DNA of 52,683 nt from a virus (IMGVR_UViG_3300033153_001326:1-52683); one strand, 5' to 3'. Numbered from the stretch's first letter, positions 27,898 through 37,541 are shown. Notes: a model not told the origin generated them from the sequence alone. Numbers and translations are program-made.

Positions 27898-28214
27898 TAT
27901 TTGTTCTCTGGTGCGAGTACACTACCTATGAACAACACGCGCCGTACAATACAACCATCTTCTGTAAGATCAAGTCGCGTCATATAACATCTAGTTGGAT
28001 AGCCTGTTTTGTCGTGTAATTCAAACGTTAGCGGATCCATTACTGGTACTGTTTCTAGCTCAGTTGATATTTCTTTGTAGTGTAGTTTAAAAGATTTGGT
28101 GTCCTCAGTAACATCTGAGGAAAGATCAACCACTACATTACCATAGTTCATCTTTATTTCGTTAAGAATTCCTTCTGGAATCTCTGTTAGTACGCTTTGT
28201 TCAATGTTATTCAT
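27897..28214 (-). CDS. Hypothetical protein
   Basis: Coupled ORF. Confidence 0.72.
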   Translation of the reverse strand: MNNIEQSVLTEIPEGILNEIKMNYGNVVVDLSSDVTEDTKSFKLHYKEISTELETVPVMDPLTFELHDKTGYPTRCYMTRLDLTEDGCIVRRVLFIGSVLAPENK

Positions 28215-28805
28215 TTACTTTCCCCAAGGTCTGCGGTTATAGATGCGAAGTACTCTCTTGAGCCAGTCCTCTTCGTACTGGTCTACTATGTCAGCAGTCA
28301 TGCATAGACGTACACCAACGATAGCGTTACCAATAGTATCTACTGAGATAACACCAGCAAATTTGCGGAAGTGCATCGTAGCTAGTGCTGAGATACGTAG
28401 CTCAATGTCACCACGTAGCTCGTCTAGTACTACCTTCTCACCATCAACTACGTTGTGGTGCTTTGCCCATTTGATTGAGCCTTTCATAATAGCTATGTCA
28501 GTAGTCAGTACATCACCAGCGGGTTCTTTAATATAGATACTACCTGCTTCGTGACCATATTTGTTTAGTGGTTGATTTCCTGTTGCCACGCCACTGAATG
28601 GAAACTCTCGTAGTCGATAAGTCAAATCTCCCATTTCGAACGGTGCCCATTCGATATTCTGGAAATCGAGTAGACGAGAGGTAGAGTACACCCAATTGTA
28701 CTTAGGGTATAGCTTGTATGCTACTTCGTCGTTTAAAGGTATGTCGATGTTTGTCTCGACGTCCTCGAATATTGTGTCTTTTGTGTCTATGCCTAAAAAT
28801 GTCAT
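28215..28805 (-). CDS. Hypothetical protein, degenerate ATP-grasp-like
   Basis: N-terminal D..AY...P...WVY and C-terminal G..IV.V.L resemble 46783..47475. Confidence 0.6.
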   Translation of the reverse strand: MTFLGIDTKDTIFEDVETNIDIPLNDEVAYKLYPKYNWVYSTSRLLDFQNIEWAPFEMGDLTYRLREFPFSGVATGNQPLNKYGHEAGSIYIKEPAGDVLTTDIAIMKGSIKWAKHHNVVDGEKVVLDELRGDIELRISALATMHFRKFAGVISVDTIGNAIVGVRLCMTADIVDQYEEDWLKRVLRIYNRRPWGK

Positions 28806-28820
28806 TATGTTTTACCTTGG

Positions 28821-29057
28821 TTACAATTGTTCCTTGCCTGATATTGCCGCTGCTTCGCGTTTCTTAATGTCTGTCATAAATTCTAGTATGTTACCGCGTT
28901 GTTTTGGACTCATTCCCCATGCTTCAGTATATGAAACTCCATTCATGTGATAACAAGTGAGTATAATTTCTTGTTCAATCTGTTCAGAAGCATCTTTTAA
29001 GGTTTCTAACTGTGTTTGTATCTCCTCTGGTGTCGCTTGCGTGAGAAACCTTAAGAA
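28821..29057 (-). CDS. gp51: gp51-like baseplate hub assembly domain, probably expressed by -1 frameshift from gp26
   Basis: Manual translation FLRFLTQATPEEIQ...CYHMNGVSYTEAWGMSPKQR...KEQL*; 78 open codons, first ATG only at codon 38; absent from the ORF track. Confidence 0.75.
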   Translation of the reverse strand, partial: FLRFLTQATPEEIQTQLETLKDASEQIEQEIILTCYHMNGVSYTEAWGMSPKQRGNILEFMTDIKKREAAAISGKEQL

Positions 29058-29899
29058 AAATTTACAGGATTAAATTCAATCCTGGCTTCCCAAGTGTGTT
29101 CGCACTTAGTACACGTTGCTGTCAGCGTCTTTTCAATGCCAACCTTGTTTATCTCTGCAATCTTTTCTTCGATCTTATCAGAAGTTGCTTTACCAATGTT
29201 CATCAACCAATCACCAATATGATTTTTATTTGTGATCTCAACTAGCTCACCTTCATCATCTGTGAATAATACCTTCTGTACAGCTTCGTGAACTATTTCA
29301 AAATTAAACTTTGATACCTGTTCAAACACCCTAGATAGAATCTTCATTCTCTGCTCATCTGATAAATCAGGATTGATTATTGCTTGTTCTAATTTTGTAT
29401 TCTGAAATGCTGCTTTCTGTTGTTTCACTAGTCCATCAAATCTACCAGGGGTTATGTACACAGTCAAGTTATTATCAAGTATTACTTCATAACTGTCTTC
29501 TAATGTTTCTGTATGATTCAATAGAGTATCAAGATTTAATGTAAATGTATTTTCAGTTCCACATTTAGGACAATCTGCATCCATTGACGCATTATCACCA
29601 TATGATGCAACACGCACGGCGATCATCAATACGTCAATATCGCAGCTTAGTAGTTTCTTTGGGTTAGACACATCAGGAACGCAACTCTTAATTACTTTTG
29701 TTACAGCTTCACCACTTAATAGTGCATCTGGATTCTGTAATGTGATTTCATCTTGTGCTGTCATTGGAAATATAGAAATTTCTCCGTCATCATTCAGAGT
29801 TACTGTATTTTCCTCATAATATCTGCCTCTAGATGGCAACTTAACAGATGTTGTTGCTGTTCTGTAAAATTTAGTTAACGGATTTTCAGTTTTGCTCAT
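29051..29899 (-). CDS. gp26: Baseplate hub subunit/assembly chaperone (gp26-like)
   Basis: NPL..F.R, VKLPSRG, PMTAQDE, D.DVLMIAVRVASYG, two CxxC, ends NPVNF. Confidence 0.85.
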   Translation of the reverse strand: MSKTENPLTKFYRTATTSVKLPSRGRYYEENTVTLNDDGEISIFPMTAQDEITLQNPDALLSGEAVTKVIKSCVPDVSNPKKLLSCDIDVLMIAVRVASYGDNASMDADCPKCGTENTFTLNLDTLLNHTETLEDSYEVILDNNLTVYITPGRFDGLVKQQKAAFQNTKLEQAIINPDLSDEQRMKILSRVFEQVSKFNFEIVHEAVQKVLFTDDEGELVEITNKNHIGDWLMNIGKATSDKIEEKIAEINKVGIEKTLTATCTKCEHTWEARIEFNPVNFS

Positions 29900-29938
29900 T
29901 GTTTTCCCTCTATAGTAAAATACTACTATAATTCATGT

Positions 29939-29996
29939 GATAAATAATGATGTATTGTAATACTGCATTATAGTAGTATTTATCTAATAATTAACT
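29939..29996. promoter_or_regulatory. Face-to-face late promoters (tape measure, +; gp26, -)
   Basis: GATAAATA on + at 29939-29946 and on - at 29984-29977. Confidence 0.65.
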
Positions 29997-30012
29997 GGGG
30001 CTTTAAAATACT

Positions 30013-32085
30013 GTGGCAGATCAAGATGTAAACATAATTGGCTTTGATGGTGCAACCCCTCCACTGTGGGCTACAGAGCAAACGCTAGAAGCAATGCTCG
30101 AAAAGATCGAGGATCTTGTAAAGATAAGTGAAGGTCAGCGACGAGAGTTGAAAAGCGGCATTCGGGGCGGCGGTAAGGGTGGTAAAGGTGGAAGCAGTAG
30201 TAAAGAAGAAAAGGACGCTGCTAATCTTCTTGGAAAACTATCAAAAGGATTGAAAAGTTCAGCAATGGGTGCTGCTGAATCTGCTGCAGGGTTTGACAAG
30301 CTACCTGGCCCTCTAGCTAAGTTTGGCAAAGAACTAAAGAATACTTCAGGCGCTACTAAGATGGCAGCACTTGGTATCGGTATGATAGGCAACCAGATTG
30401 GCAAGGCCATTTCCACAGTTAAAGAATCAGTGAGTACATTGAGGGATCTATCTGATAGCGGTATACGATTAGAAGGTGGAATATTAGAAATTCAAAAAGG
30501 CCTTGCAGAAACGGGCATGACGCTTTCCCAATTTGGTGAAACAGCAGCACAATATGCCCAAATAATAAATCAAAAAGGCTGGTCATCAATTTCCAATCTA
30601 GCTAGTGTGGTAAACAAATCTGCTGGTGGGTTTGAGAAATGGGGTCTAACAACAGCAGAAGGTATTGACATTACTGCTGAATACTTAGATCAACAGCGGC
30701 GTGTTGGTGTGTTCCAAGCAATGGATCAAGTCAAACAGTCAAGTCTGATTGCTGAAACGATGGATAGACTTACTGCGTACTCCAAAGTCTTGAATGTATC
30801 ACGTAAAGACATGATGGATTCACGTAAAGAAATGAAGACAAGTCGTGACGTACAAGCGCAGTTGGCACAACTGGATCAAGCATCCAGAATGAAAGCGAAC
30901 CAAGGGCTGGATCATCTATCTGATGCTGTATCATCACTTGGTCCTGATTTTGGTTTTGTAGGTGACGCACTAACTGACTTTGCAGGAACCAGAATTAATC
31001 AGCTTTCAGAAACATTCAAGACTATGGCAGAAGGTGGTGGCGCAGACGCAGCACTAGCATTGGCAGAATTTGCAGATTCAGCTATGGAAGGCGGCAAAGT
31101 CAACCAAGAAACAATTAAACAGTGGGTTTTGACAAATGCTGCAAATGACAATTTTATGCAGAACTTGATTAATGCTGGCGGCCCAGCCAAAGAATTCGCT
31201 ACTAATATGTTACTTGCTCGCAAAGCAACAGAAGAAGCTACTGCGCAAGAAGCACGACTACGTGAGCGTGGTGGTAAAGATTTTCAAGAATCAGTAGATA
31301 AGAATGTACAAGAACTTACTGGATTTGAAGATATGTTGCAAAAAGTTCAAGCATCATTTGAGTACAAGAGAATGGAAACATTCTTAGACTTGATGGGTGG
31401 TACTGGATCAGAAGCAGTAAGACTGGCAACTGAAGGGTTGAAAGCATTACATGAAAAGATTATGGCATTCAACAATGATGGTCAAGTAGGAAAATTTCGG
31501 GCAATGGTTATTGATAACCCAATACTAGCAGCAGGCGCGCTAGTAACTGCATTTGGAATACTAAAAGCTGCGAGTTGGGCTACTTCAGCAGCAATGGTAA
31601 AAATGGGCCCGTCAATGATGAAACTTGCTAGTGGCATTGGTAAACTTGGTGCAGTTGGTGCAGCAGCAGCGGCTGGTTATGCAATCGGCACTGGTTTAAA
31701 TGCGTTACCAACGCTATTTGGTGCTGATTCAATAAGTACAAATATTGGCGATCTAATAGATCGTGCGAAAGGTGTTCACCCAGGTGGTAGAAATGATCCA
31801 ATGGCGATGGCTAACACAGCAGAAGGCCGAATGGCAGCACTTGATCCAGCACAACGAGAAGTACTCAAGTTGGCTAGAGAGAGACAAGCAGCCGCTAGAC
31901 AAAAGGAAACTGCTGCAAAAACATCAGAGATGGTAAGCACACCACAAGCAGTAACACCAGCCGAACCATCTATGTCTCCTGCAGATGTAGCCAAGTTAGA
32001 TCAAGCAGCCCAAACAAATTACTACCTATCTGAGCTACTTAAAGTCAATAAGAAAACAGGAAGGGCACTTACTGGCGAAATGTAA
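30013..32085 (+). CDS. Tape-measure-like protein (gp29-like)
   Basis: 690 aa, Ala/Gly-rich and helical with hydrophobic segments; divergent from gp26 and upstream of the portal. Confidence 0.65.
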   Translation: MADQDVNIIGFDGATPPLWATEQTLEAMLEKIEDLVKISEGQRRELKSGIRGGGKGGKGGSSSKEEKDAANLLGKLSKGLKSSAMGAAESAAGFDKLPGPLAKFGKELKNTSGATKMAALGIGMIGNQIGKAISTVKESVSTLRDLSDSGIRLEGGILEIQKGLAETGMTLSQFGETAAQYAQIINQKGWSSISNLASVVNKSAGGFEKWGLTTAEGIDITAEYLDQQRRVGVFQAMDQVKQSSLIAETMDRLTAYSKVLNVSRKDMMDSRKEMKTSRDVQAQLAQLDQASRMKANQGLDHLSDAVSSLGPDFGFVGDALTDFAGTRINQLSETFKTMAEGGGADAALALAEFADSAMEGGKVNQETIKQWVLTNAANDNFMQNLINAGGPAKEFATNMLLARKATEEATAQEARLRERGGKDFQESVDKNVQELTGFEDMLQKVQASFEYKRMETFLDLMGGTGSEAVRLATEGLKALHEKIMAFNNDGQVGKFRAMVIDNPILAAGALVTAFGILKAASWATSAAMVKMGPSMMKLASGIGKLGAVGAAAAAGYAIGTGLNALPTLFGADSISTNIGDLIDRAKGVHPGGRNDPMAMANTAEGRMAALDPAQREVLKLARERQAAARQKETAAKTSEMVSTPQAVTPAEPSMSPADVAKLDQAAQTNYYLSELLKVNKKTGRALTGEM

Positions 32086-32118
32086 TTCCGCGATTCATAT
32101 GAAAAGCTACCAGTTATT

Positions 32119-32126
32119 GATAAATA
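32119..32126 (+). promoter_or_regulatory. Late promoter for the portal gene
   Basis: GATAAATA. Confidence 0.7.
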
Positions 32127-32154
32127 CACATAACAATAACAGAGTAGATACAAT

Positions 32155-33890
32155 ATGTGGACAAAACATTTTAAGCCAGTCAATTCAGTACTGCCAAAGC
32201 AAGTAAACGCAGCAAGCTCAGGCTCAGCATCATCGTTGAGTAAGTTTTCTAGTTGGTTACCTGAATTTTATCAAGGCCCACCAAACAGACTCATGCGTTA
32301 TCAACAATATGAGCAGATGGACTTAGACAACAATATGAGCAGATGGACTTAGATCATGAGGTAGCAGCAGCACTAGATACTATTGCCGACTTCTCTACTC
32401 ACTTAGACGAAACAACAAAGACTCCATTCAATATCAAATTCAATGATGATCCAAGTGAATCAGAGAAAGAGATTCTAACTCGCGCACTAAAGCAATGGTC
32501 TAATCTTAACGAATTCCCTAAGCGTATGTTCCGCTTGTTCCGCTCTACTCTAATGTATGGCGATCAGTTTATGATTCGTGATCCAGAGACATTCAAACTG
32601 TATTGGGTTGATCCATCAACAGTTGACAAAGTACTGGTAAACGAGAGTGAAGGAAAGAAGATCGAAGCATACTTCATTCGTGAGCTAGACTTGAACTTGC
32701 AACAGAACGTAGCTACCAATACCAGTAAGAAAACTGAAATGGGCTACAACGCACAAGACACAATCTTCCCTAATGCACCATTCACTGGTCAAGCTAACTA
32801 CTCGACAGGTAGTGCATCAGCAGCAATCAGTACTCAAGGACAAGCATACTCAAGTGGTGAAGCATTTCCAGTAGATGCTGAACACGTAGTACAGCTATCA
32901 ATGACTGAAGGAATGAACAACTCATGGCCTTTTGGTATCAGTATTCTTGAAGCTATTTTCAAAGTATACAAGCAGAAAGAACTACTAGAAGATAGTATTC
33001 TTATCTATCGTGTGCATCGTGCGCCAGAACGTCGTGTGTTCTTTATCGACGTAGGCTCAATGCCACCAAACAAAGCAGCACAGTATCTAGAGCGCATTCG
33101 CTATGAAGTACAGCAGAAGCGTATCCCATCACGAACTGGTGGTGGTGAGAGCATTGCTGACTCAGCATACAATCCGATGTCAATGCTTGAAGATTACTTT
33201 TTTGCACAGACAGCAGATGGTCGTGGCTCTAAAGTAGAGACACTTCCAGGTGGTGAGAATCTTGGTCAGATTGATGATCTAAAATACTTCAACAACAAAA
33301 TGCTACGTGGTCTTGGTGTACCAAGCAGTTATCTACCAACTGGCCCTGATGATGGTTCAGCCACATTCAATGATGGTCGTGTAGGCACAGCATTCATTCA
33401 AGAGTTTAGATTCTCTCGCGTATGTCAACGTCACCAACGTTTAATATGCCCAACGTTTGATGAAGAATTCAAGCTATTCTTGAAGTTTAGAGGGTTCACC
33501 ATTGATAGCTCTATCTTCTCACTAGAACTGAACGAGCCACAGAACTTCTCTGAGTATCGTCAGATCGAAATTGATGCAGCATATGCTAATCTATTCAACA
33601 GTGTCAAAGATAATCCATACATCAGCAAGCGTTTCGCACTGAAACGTTACTTGGGTTGGAATGAAGATGACATTCTGGAGAACGAGAAGATGTGGAGAGC
33701 AGAACAAGCGTATCAATCAGCAACAGATGAAGGCGGTGGTGCTGGTGCAGACTTGCGCTCCGTTGGTGTTGGTGGAGAGGGCTTTGACTTTGGCGACGAA
33801 GAAGACTTCGAAGGCGAAGAAGGTATGGATGAAGTACCACCAGAAGGTGAAGACATCCCAGGTGGTGAGATTGATCTAGAGGCTGAGTAA
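32155..33890 (+). CDS. gp20: Portal protein (gp20), frameshifted by a 26-nt tandem duplication
   Basis: LLEDSILIYRVHRAPERRVFFIDVG, MSMLEDYFF, GRGSKVETLPGG; removing one 26-nt copy gives a single 569-aa ORF. Confidence 0.93.
32302..32353 (+). repeat. Exact 26-nt tandem duplication
   Basis: CAACAATATGAGCAGATGGACTTAGA x2. Confidence 0.97.
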
Positions 33891-34276
33891 TGACTGAAGA
33901 TTATAAAAAAACTATAGCCGAAATGGAAAAATGCATGTCTGACATTGATAACATGGTTAGAGTACGACTTGAACAGGCAGACTCTATACGTGGTGATGTT
34001 AGTGACTATGAGAAAGGCGTAATAGAAATGCGCAGATTGGCAAATAAGCTTGATGAGATTAATCAACCAAAGAAACGATGGTATGAATATCTAGGAGTTA
34101 AACCAGTTCCACGAAGATTCACGTTTGAAATCAAAGATCGCCCAACATTCACAGAACAAGAACTAGCTGAAAGACGAGCATTCCTCGATGGATTCGATGC
34201 TGGTCGTACAGATGGTGATGCACATACTGCGTACAAACTATGGCGCAAACTAACAGGAAAAACAGATGAACATTAA
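33890..34276 (+). CDS. Hypothetical protein
   Basis: TAATG-coupled to the portal gene. Confidence 0.72.
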   Translation: MTEDYKKTIAEMEKCMSDIDNMVRVRLEQADSIRGDVSDYEKGVIEMRRLANKLDEINQPKKRWYEYLGVKPVPRRFTFEIKDRPTFTEQELAERRAFLDGFDAGRTDGDAHTAYKLWRKLTGKTDEH

Positions 34277-34583
34277 TGAAACATACGTAAAATATGGACT
34301 AGCAGGAGTTACAGCACTACAAGCACTTGCAATTCTATTTGGAATATACGATGGTGGAACACTACTTTCACTAGTTGTATTAGCAGCACTTGCTTTCGTA
34401 GCAGCAGAACGATTTGATCTTGTAAAAGTGAAGGTTGATCTATGTGATGCACACATCTACAAGAACAAAGAAGACGGCTCACTATTGTATTGCGACAGCA
34501 AGCAAGCTAGTCACGCAAATCACGATTATCTTGGCACATCGAAAGTCGATTGCAAGAATGTAAATCGTTGTAGCTTATCGTAA
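34266..34583 (+). CDS. Two-TM membrane protein with Cys-containing C-terminus
   Basis: AGGA RBS; two hydrophobic helices. Confidence 0.72.
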   Translation: MNINETYVKYGLAGVTALQALAILFGIYDGGTLLSLVVLAALAFVAAERFDLVKVKVDLCDAHIYKNKEDGSLLYCDSKQASHANHDYLGTSKVDCKNVNRCSLS

Positions 34584-34588
34584 GACAC

Positions 34589-34618
34589 AAAAAACCCCGC
34601 ACTCGGCGGGGTTTCTTA
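34589..34618. terminator. Bidirectional intrinsic terminator
   Basis: AAAAAACCCCGC-ACTCG-GCGGGGTTTCTT between convergent genes. Confidence 0.88.
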
Positions 34619-34633
34619 TTCATACCAATCATA

Positions 34634-34942
34634 TCAATCAGTAAGTAATTCAACGATTCGATTATAGATCGCAGCTTTCTGCTGGTAGTACTCATAATTC
34701 TCGTCACCAGGACGGAAGTTGAGCCACTGGTTATTGCTTGAATTCGCAAGAATGTCATGCTTGAGAGAATTACGTTCGTAGTAGTCTTTGAATCCATTCA
34801 GATTGTAATGTGCAATGAATCCAGAAGCCAGATTGATGAATTTGTAACCAGTTCCATTCAATTTGGTAATGTCTTCACATGCGCGAACAACATTCTTGAC
34901 GATTAGAACTGCGCGATCTGCGGTGATTGTTTCCAGTGACAT
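34634..34942 (-). CDS. Hypothetical early protein (MSLETITADRAV...)
   Basis: The protein listed as '+' in the ORF track actually reads on the minus strand; GGAG RBS before ATG 34942, TGA at 34634-34636. Confidence 0.78.
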   Translation of the reverse strand: MSLETITADRAVLIVKNVVRACEDITKLNGTGYKFINLASGFIAHYNLNGFKDYYERNSLKHDILANSSNNQWLNFRPGDENYEYYQQKAAIYNRIVELLTD

Positions 34943-34944
34943 GA

Positions 34945-35343
34945 TTATGCTCCCAACTGATAAGGTTTGTTGTATGAACCAACATTCACATCGACATACC
35001 AACCAACGCAAAAGTAATCAGATTGAACGTCAGACTTGTCGTAGTTGCCAATGTTCATACGCTCAAGCAGACCAACAAGAAAATCACGGCAATCGCCAGT
35101 GAAATGCTCATGCGCCCAATACGTGTTGACTTGGATATGAGTCGGCACTTGTGAAGTGATCGGATGCTTTTCAGAAGCAACATCAAAGTAGTTCTGGCAA
35201 AAATCCAGTGAACCACTTTTGATATTGACTACGAGTTTGGAATGATTGCGAACTGCAATCGAAGCTTTCACGCCATGAGACTTACACCATGCGCGGATAG
35301 CTGGTGCTAATTCTGCTTTGTTTTCTTGGGACATATAAGCCAT
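34945..35343 (-). CDS. Hypothetical early protein (MAYMSQENKAELAP...)
   Basis: Start re-called downstream of the promoter; D.SD.QSDYF.VGWY motif. Confidence 0.8.
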   Translation of the reverse strand: MAYMSQENKAELAPAIRAWCKSHGVKASIAVRNHSKLVVNIKSGSLDFCQNYFDVASEKHPITSQVPTHIQVNTYWAHEHFTGDCRDFLVGLLERMNIGNYDKSDVQSDYFCVGWYVDVNVGSYNKPYQLGA

Positions 35344-35374
35344 TTGTTTCTCTCTTTTCTCAGTGTATAATACC

Positions 35375-35433
35375 ATTATACGCACCTTTTCCTCTTTTGT
35401 CAAATCTATATTCCTTTGCAAATCAATGACTTA
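35375..35433 (-). promoter_or_regulatory. Consensus sigma70 early promoter with an upstream IHF-like site
   Basis: TTGACA (35403-35398), 17 nt, TATAAT (35380-35375); AATCAATGACTTA at 35421-35433. Confidence 0.85.
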
Positions 35434-35463
35434 GCAAAAACAGGAAAATACTTTTGCTAAGGA

Positions 35464-35516
35464 TATCAACGGGTTACGAAAATTCCGTTGACAAACACCG
35501 CCATATATGTTATTAT
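35464..35516 (+). promoter_or_regulatory. Sigma70 promoter for the HNH gene
   Basis: TTGACA (35488-35493), 17 nt, TATTAT (35511-35516); IHF-like TATCAACGGGTTA at 35464-35476. Confidence 0.75.
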
Positions 35517-35522
35517 GTTAAT

Positions 35523-36302
35523 ATGGATTACCATGCACACTACGACAAGCTTATCGCCCGTTCACGCGGGCGTTTGCTTGAGTGTTATACTGAAAAGCAC
35601 CATATCATTCCACGGTGCATGGGCGGTGGTGATGAACAGAAAAATCTCGCTGTTCTAACAGCAGAAGAACACTACGTAGCACACCAGTTGCTCGTCAAGA
35701 TGCACCCAGGAAACAAATCTTTAGTTTACGCAACAGTAATGATGGGTAGCGCAAGACCAAATAGTAATAACAAGATTTATGGGTGGGTGCGTAGAAAGTT
35801 TGCAGAGACTCAACGAGGTAAAATAGTATCAGAAGAAACTAGAGCCAAAATGAGAGCAGCACACTTGGGTAAATCTAAGCACACCCCAGAATCTCGTAAA
35901 AAGATAGCAGAAGCACGAACTGGTGTACCTTGGACTGCTGCACAACGAGCCGCACGACCAGTATTTGAGTATACAGTTGATGATAAAACTTGGAATTCAA
36001 TTACTGAATGTGCAACGCATTATGGTGTTTCTGAGCCTACCATCTATGGTTGGCGTTTGAAAGGCTATACTAAATCTCGACTGCAACGAGATTTCACTGT
36101 AACGTATGATGGTGTTGAGTATCCAAGTACTGCTGCCGCAGCAAGAGCGCATGGCATATCCAAACAAGGCATGGCTAAACGGTTAGTAAGACTGAAATCT
36201 GGTAAGAAGCCAGGCAACACGCCGTGGAATTCTGGCACAAGTGTACAAGTGGGCAAGAAGAAAAGAAACACAAGGGCTAGATCAGTAAACTCTGCTAAAT
36301 AG
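35523..36302 (+). mobile_element. Free-standing HNH homing endonuclease with NUMOD3 and HTH DNA-binding modules
   Basis: EKHHIIPRCMGG...NLAVLTAEEHYVAHQLL; SEETRAKM and HTPESRKKI repeats; C-terminal SITECA and STAAAARAHG HTH motifs. Confidence 0.9.
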
Positions 36303-36306
36303 TAGT

Positions 36307-36561
36307 ATGACTGACAAAGACAACATTCACGAATCTCTCCAAGAAACGTACAAGCGTATCATAAATGAACACTATGAGCCAGAAGACGATCAACAGAATC
36401 AAGCTTCGCTGACTGATACACGGAGACCTAGGTTGACATTACGCCATTTGAACAAACTTCGCAAAATTCAAGAACTCAAGAAACTCGAATCTGAGTCTCA
36501 TGCTGAATTTGTTAGAACAATGTACGCAGAACCAGACGAAGGCGGCGAGCCAGAATTTTAA
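36307..36561 (+). CDS. Head-region hypothetical protein
   Basis: DTRRPRLTLRHLNKLRK...MY; CTAAATA late promoter at 36295-36301. Confidence 0.78.
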   Translation: MTDKDNIHESLQETYKRIINEHYEPEDDQQNQASLTDTRRPRLTLRHLNKLRKIQELKKLESESHAEFVRTMYAEPDEGGEPEF

Positions 36562-36719
36562 CATAGTTTAACTGCGCACTCACGCTACTAAATACAAAAA
36601 CGAACGTTTTTGGGTCGTTTATCCCCTATTCCCCTCTATTCTTGTAAATACTATCTGTAATACTTACGGGTAGTAATACCCAATGCCTATTAATCAATAT
36701 TAAAAGGAGATAGAAGAAA

Positions 36720-37541
36720 ATGTCACATCGACAAAAGCTAGAGCAAGTTCTTGAACTTCTAATTAACGAAGAACAAGACGCAGCAGCCGACCTCCTTCAC
36801 TCAGTAATCGTTGAAAAGGCTCGTACAATGTACGAAGACCTAGTTGACGAGGATTTTGGTGGCGACGAGAAAGAAGACTTTGCAAGCGACATTGAAGCTG
36901 ACAAAGAAGAAATCGAGTCCGACGAAATCTTTGATGGTGAAGACGAAGAAGGCGAAGAAGAATTTTCAGATGAACCAGCCGAAGAAGAAGAGGTTGAAGA
37001 CCGTTTAGAAGATGTTGAAGCAAATCTTGCAGAACTACGTGCAGAGTTTGACGCACTATTGGGTGCTGAAGAAGGCGAAGCAGAGCTAGGTGGTGAAGAA
37101 GAAGTAGAATTTGGTGGCGAAGAAGGTTTCGGTGACGAAGCTGGATTTGGCGGAGAAGAAGTTGAAGTTGAAAGCATGTACGAAGAGGAAGATGCTGATG
37201 AAGATTTGGACGAAGCTACTAAGCTTCAGGACGAAGTTTCTGGCAACCCACTTGGCAATGAAGGCGATCTAGCTGGAACTGGCAAGAACTCTAAGAAAGG
37301 TGCTGTAAACAAGAAAAGTCTTTTCACAAAAGCACCATCTAAAGCAGATCACGGTGGTTCACCACATGAGACAGGCAAGGGTGGCGACGAGTCTACAAAG
37401 AAAGTAGGCGAAGGCGAAGATAACACACCTACATCTAACGTTAATGTTAAGCAGGGCAAAGAATCTGCAAAGCTTGACGCTAAAGATGACAAAGCAGCAA
37501 AATCACCACTTGGAAGCTCAAGCTCTCCAAAAGGTAATTAA
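36720..37541 (+). CDS. Highly acidic prohead core/scaffold protein
   Basis: AAGGAG RBS; E/D-rich; immediately upstream of gp21. Confidence 0.75.
   Translation: MSHRQKLEQVLELLINEEQDAAADLLHSVIVEKARTMYEDLVDEDFGGDEKEDFASDIEADKEEIESDEIFDGEDEEGEEEFSDEPAEEEEVEDRLEDVEANLAELRAEFDALLGAEEGEAELGGEEEVEFGGEEGFGDEAGFGGEEVEVESMYEEEDADEDLDEATKLQDEVSGNPLGNEGDLAGTGKNSKKGAVNKKSLFTKAPSKADHGGSPHETGKGGDESTKKVGEGEDNTPTSNVNVKQGKESAKLDAKDDKAAKSPLGSSSSPKGN

Noticed and set aside
32155-32352. Separate 65-aa gene, intron or programmed frameshift in the portal gene
   Set aside because: Fully explained by the exact 26-nt duplication; no intron or slippery site seen.
34634-35011. ORF track entry labelled + strand
   Set aside because: The listed protein is the minus-strand translation; re-called as 34634..34942 (-).
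36720-37541. GAA-rich low-complexity sequence as a DNA repeat element
   Set aside because: It reflects Glu-rich scaffold coding; the same holds for the portal C-terminus.
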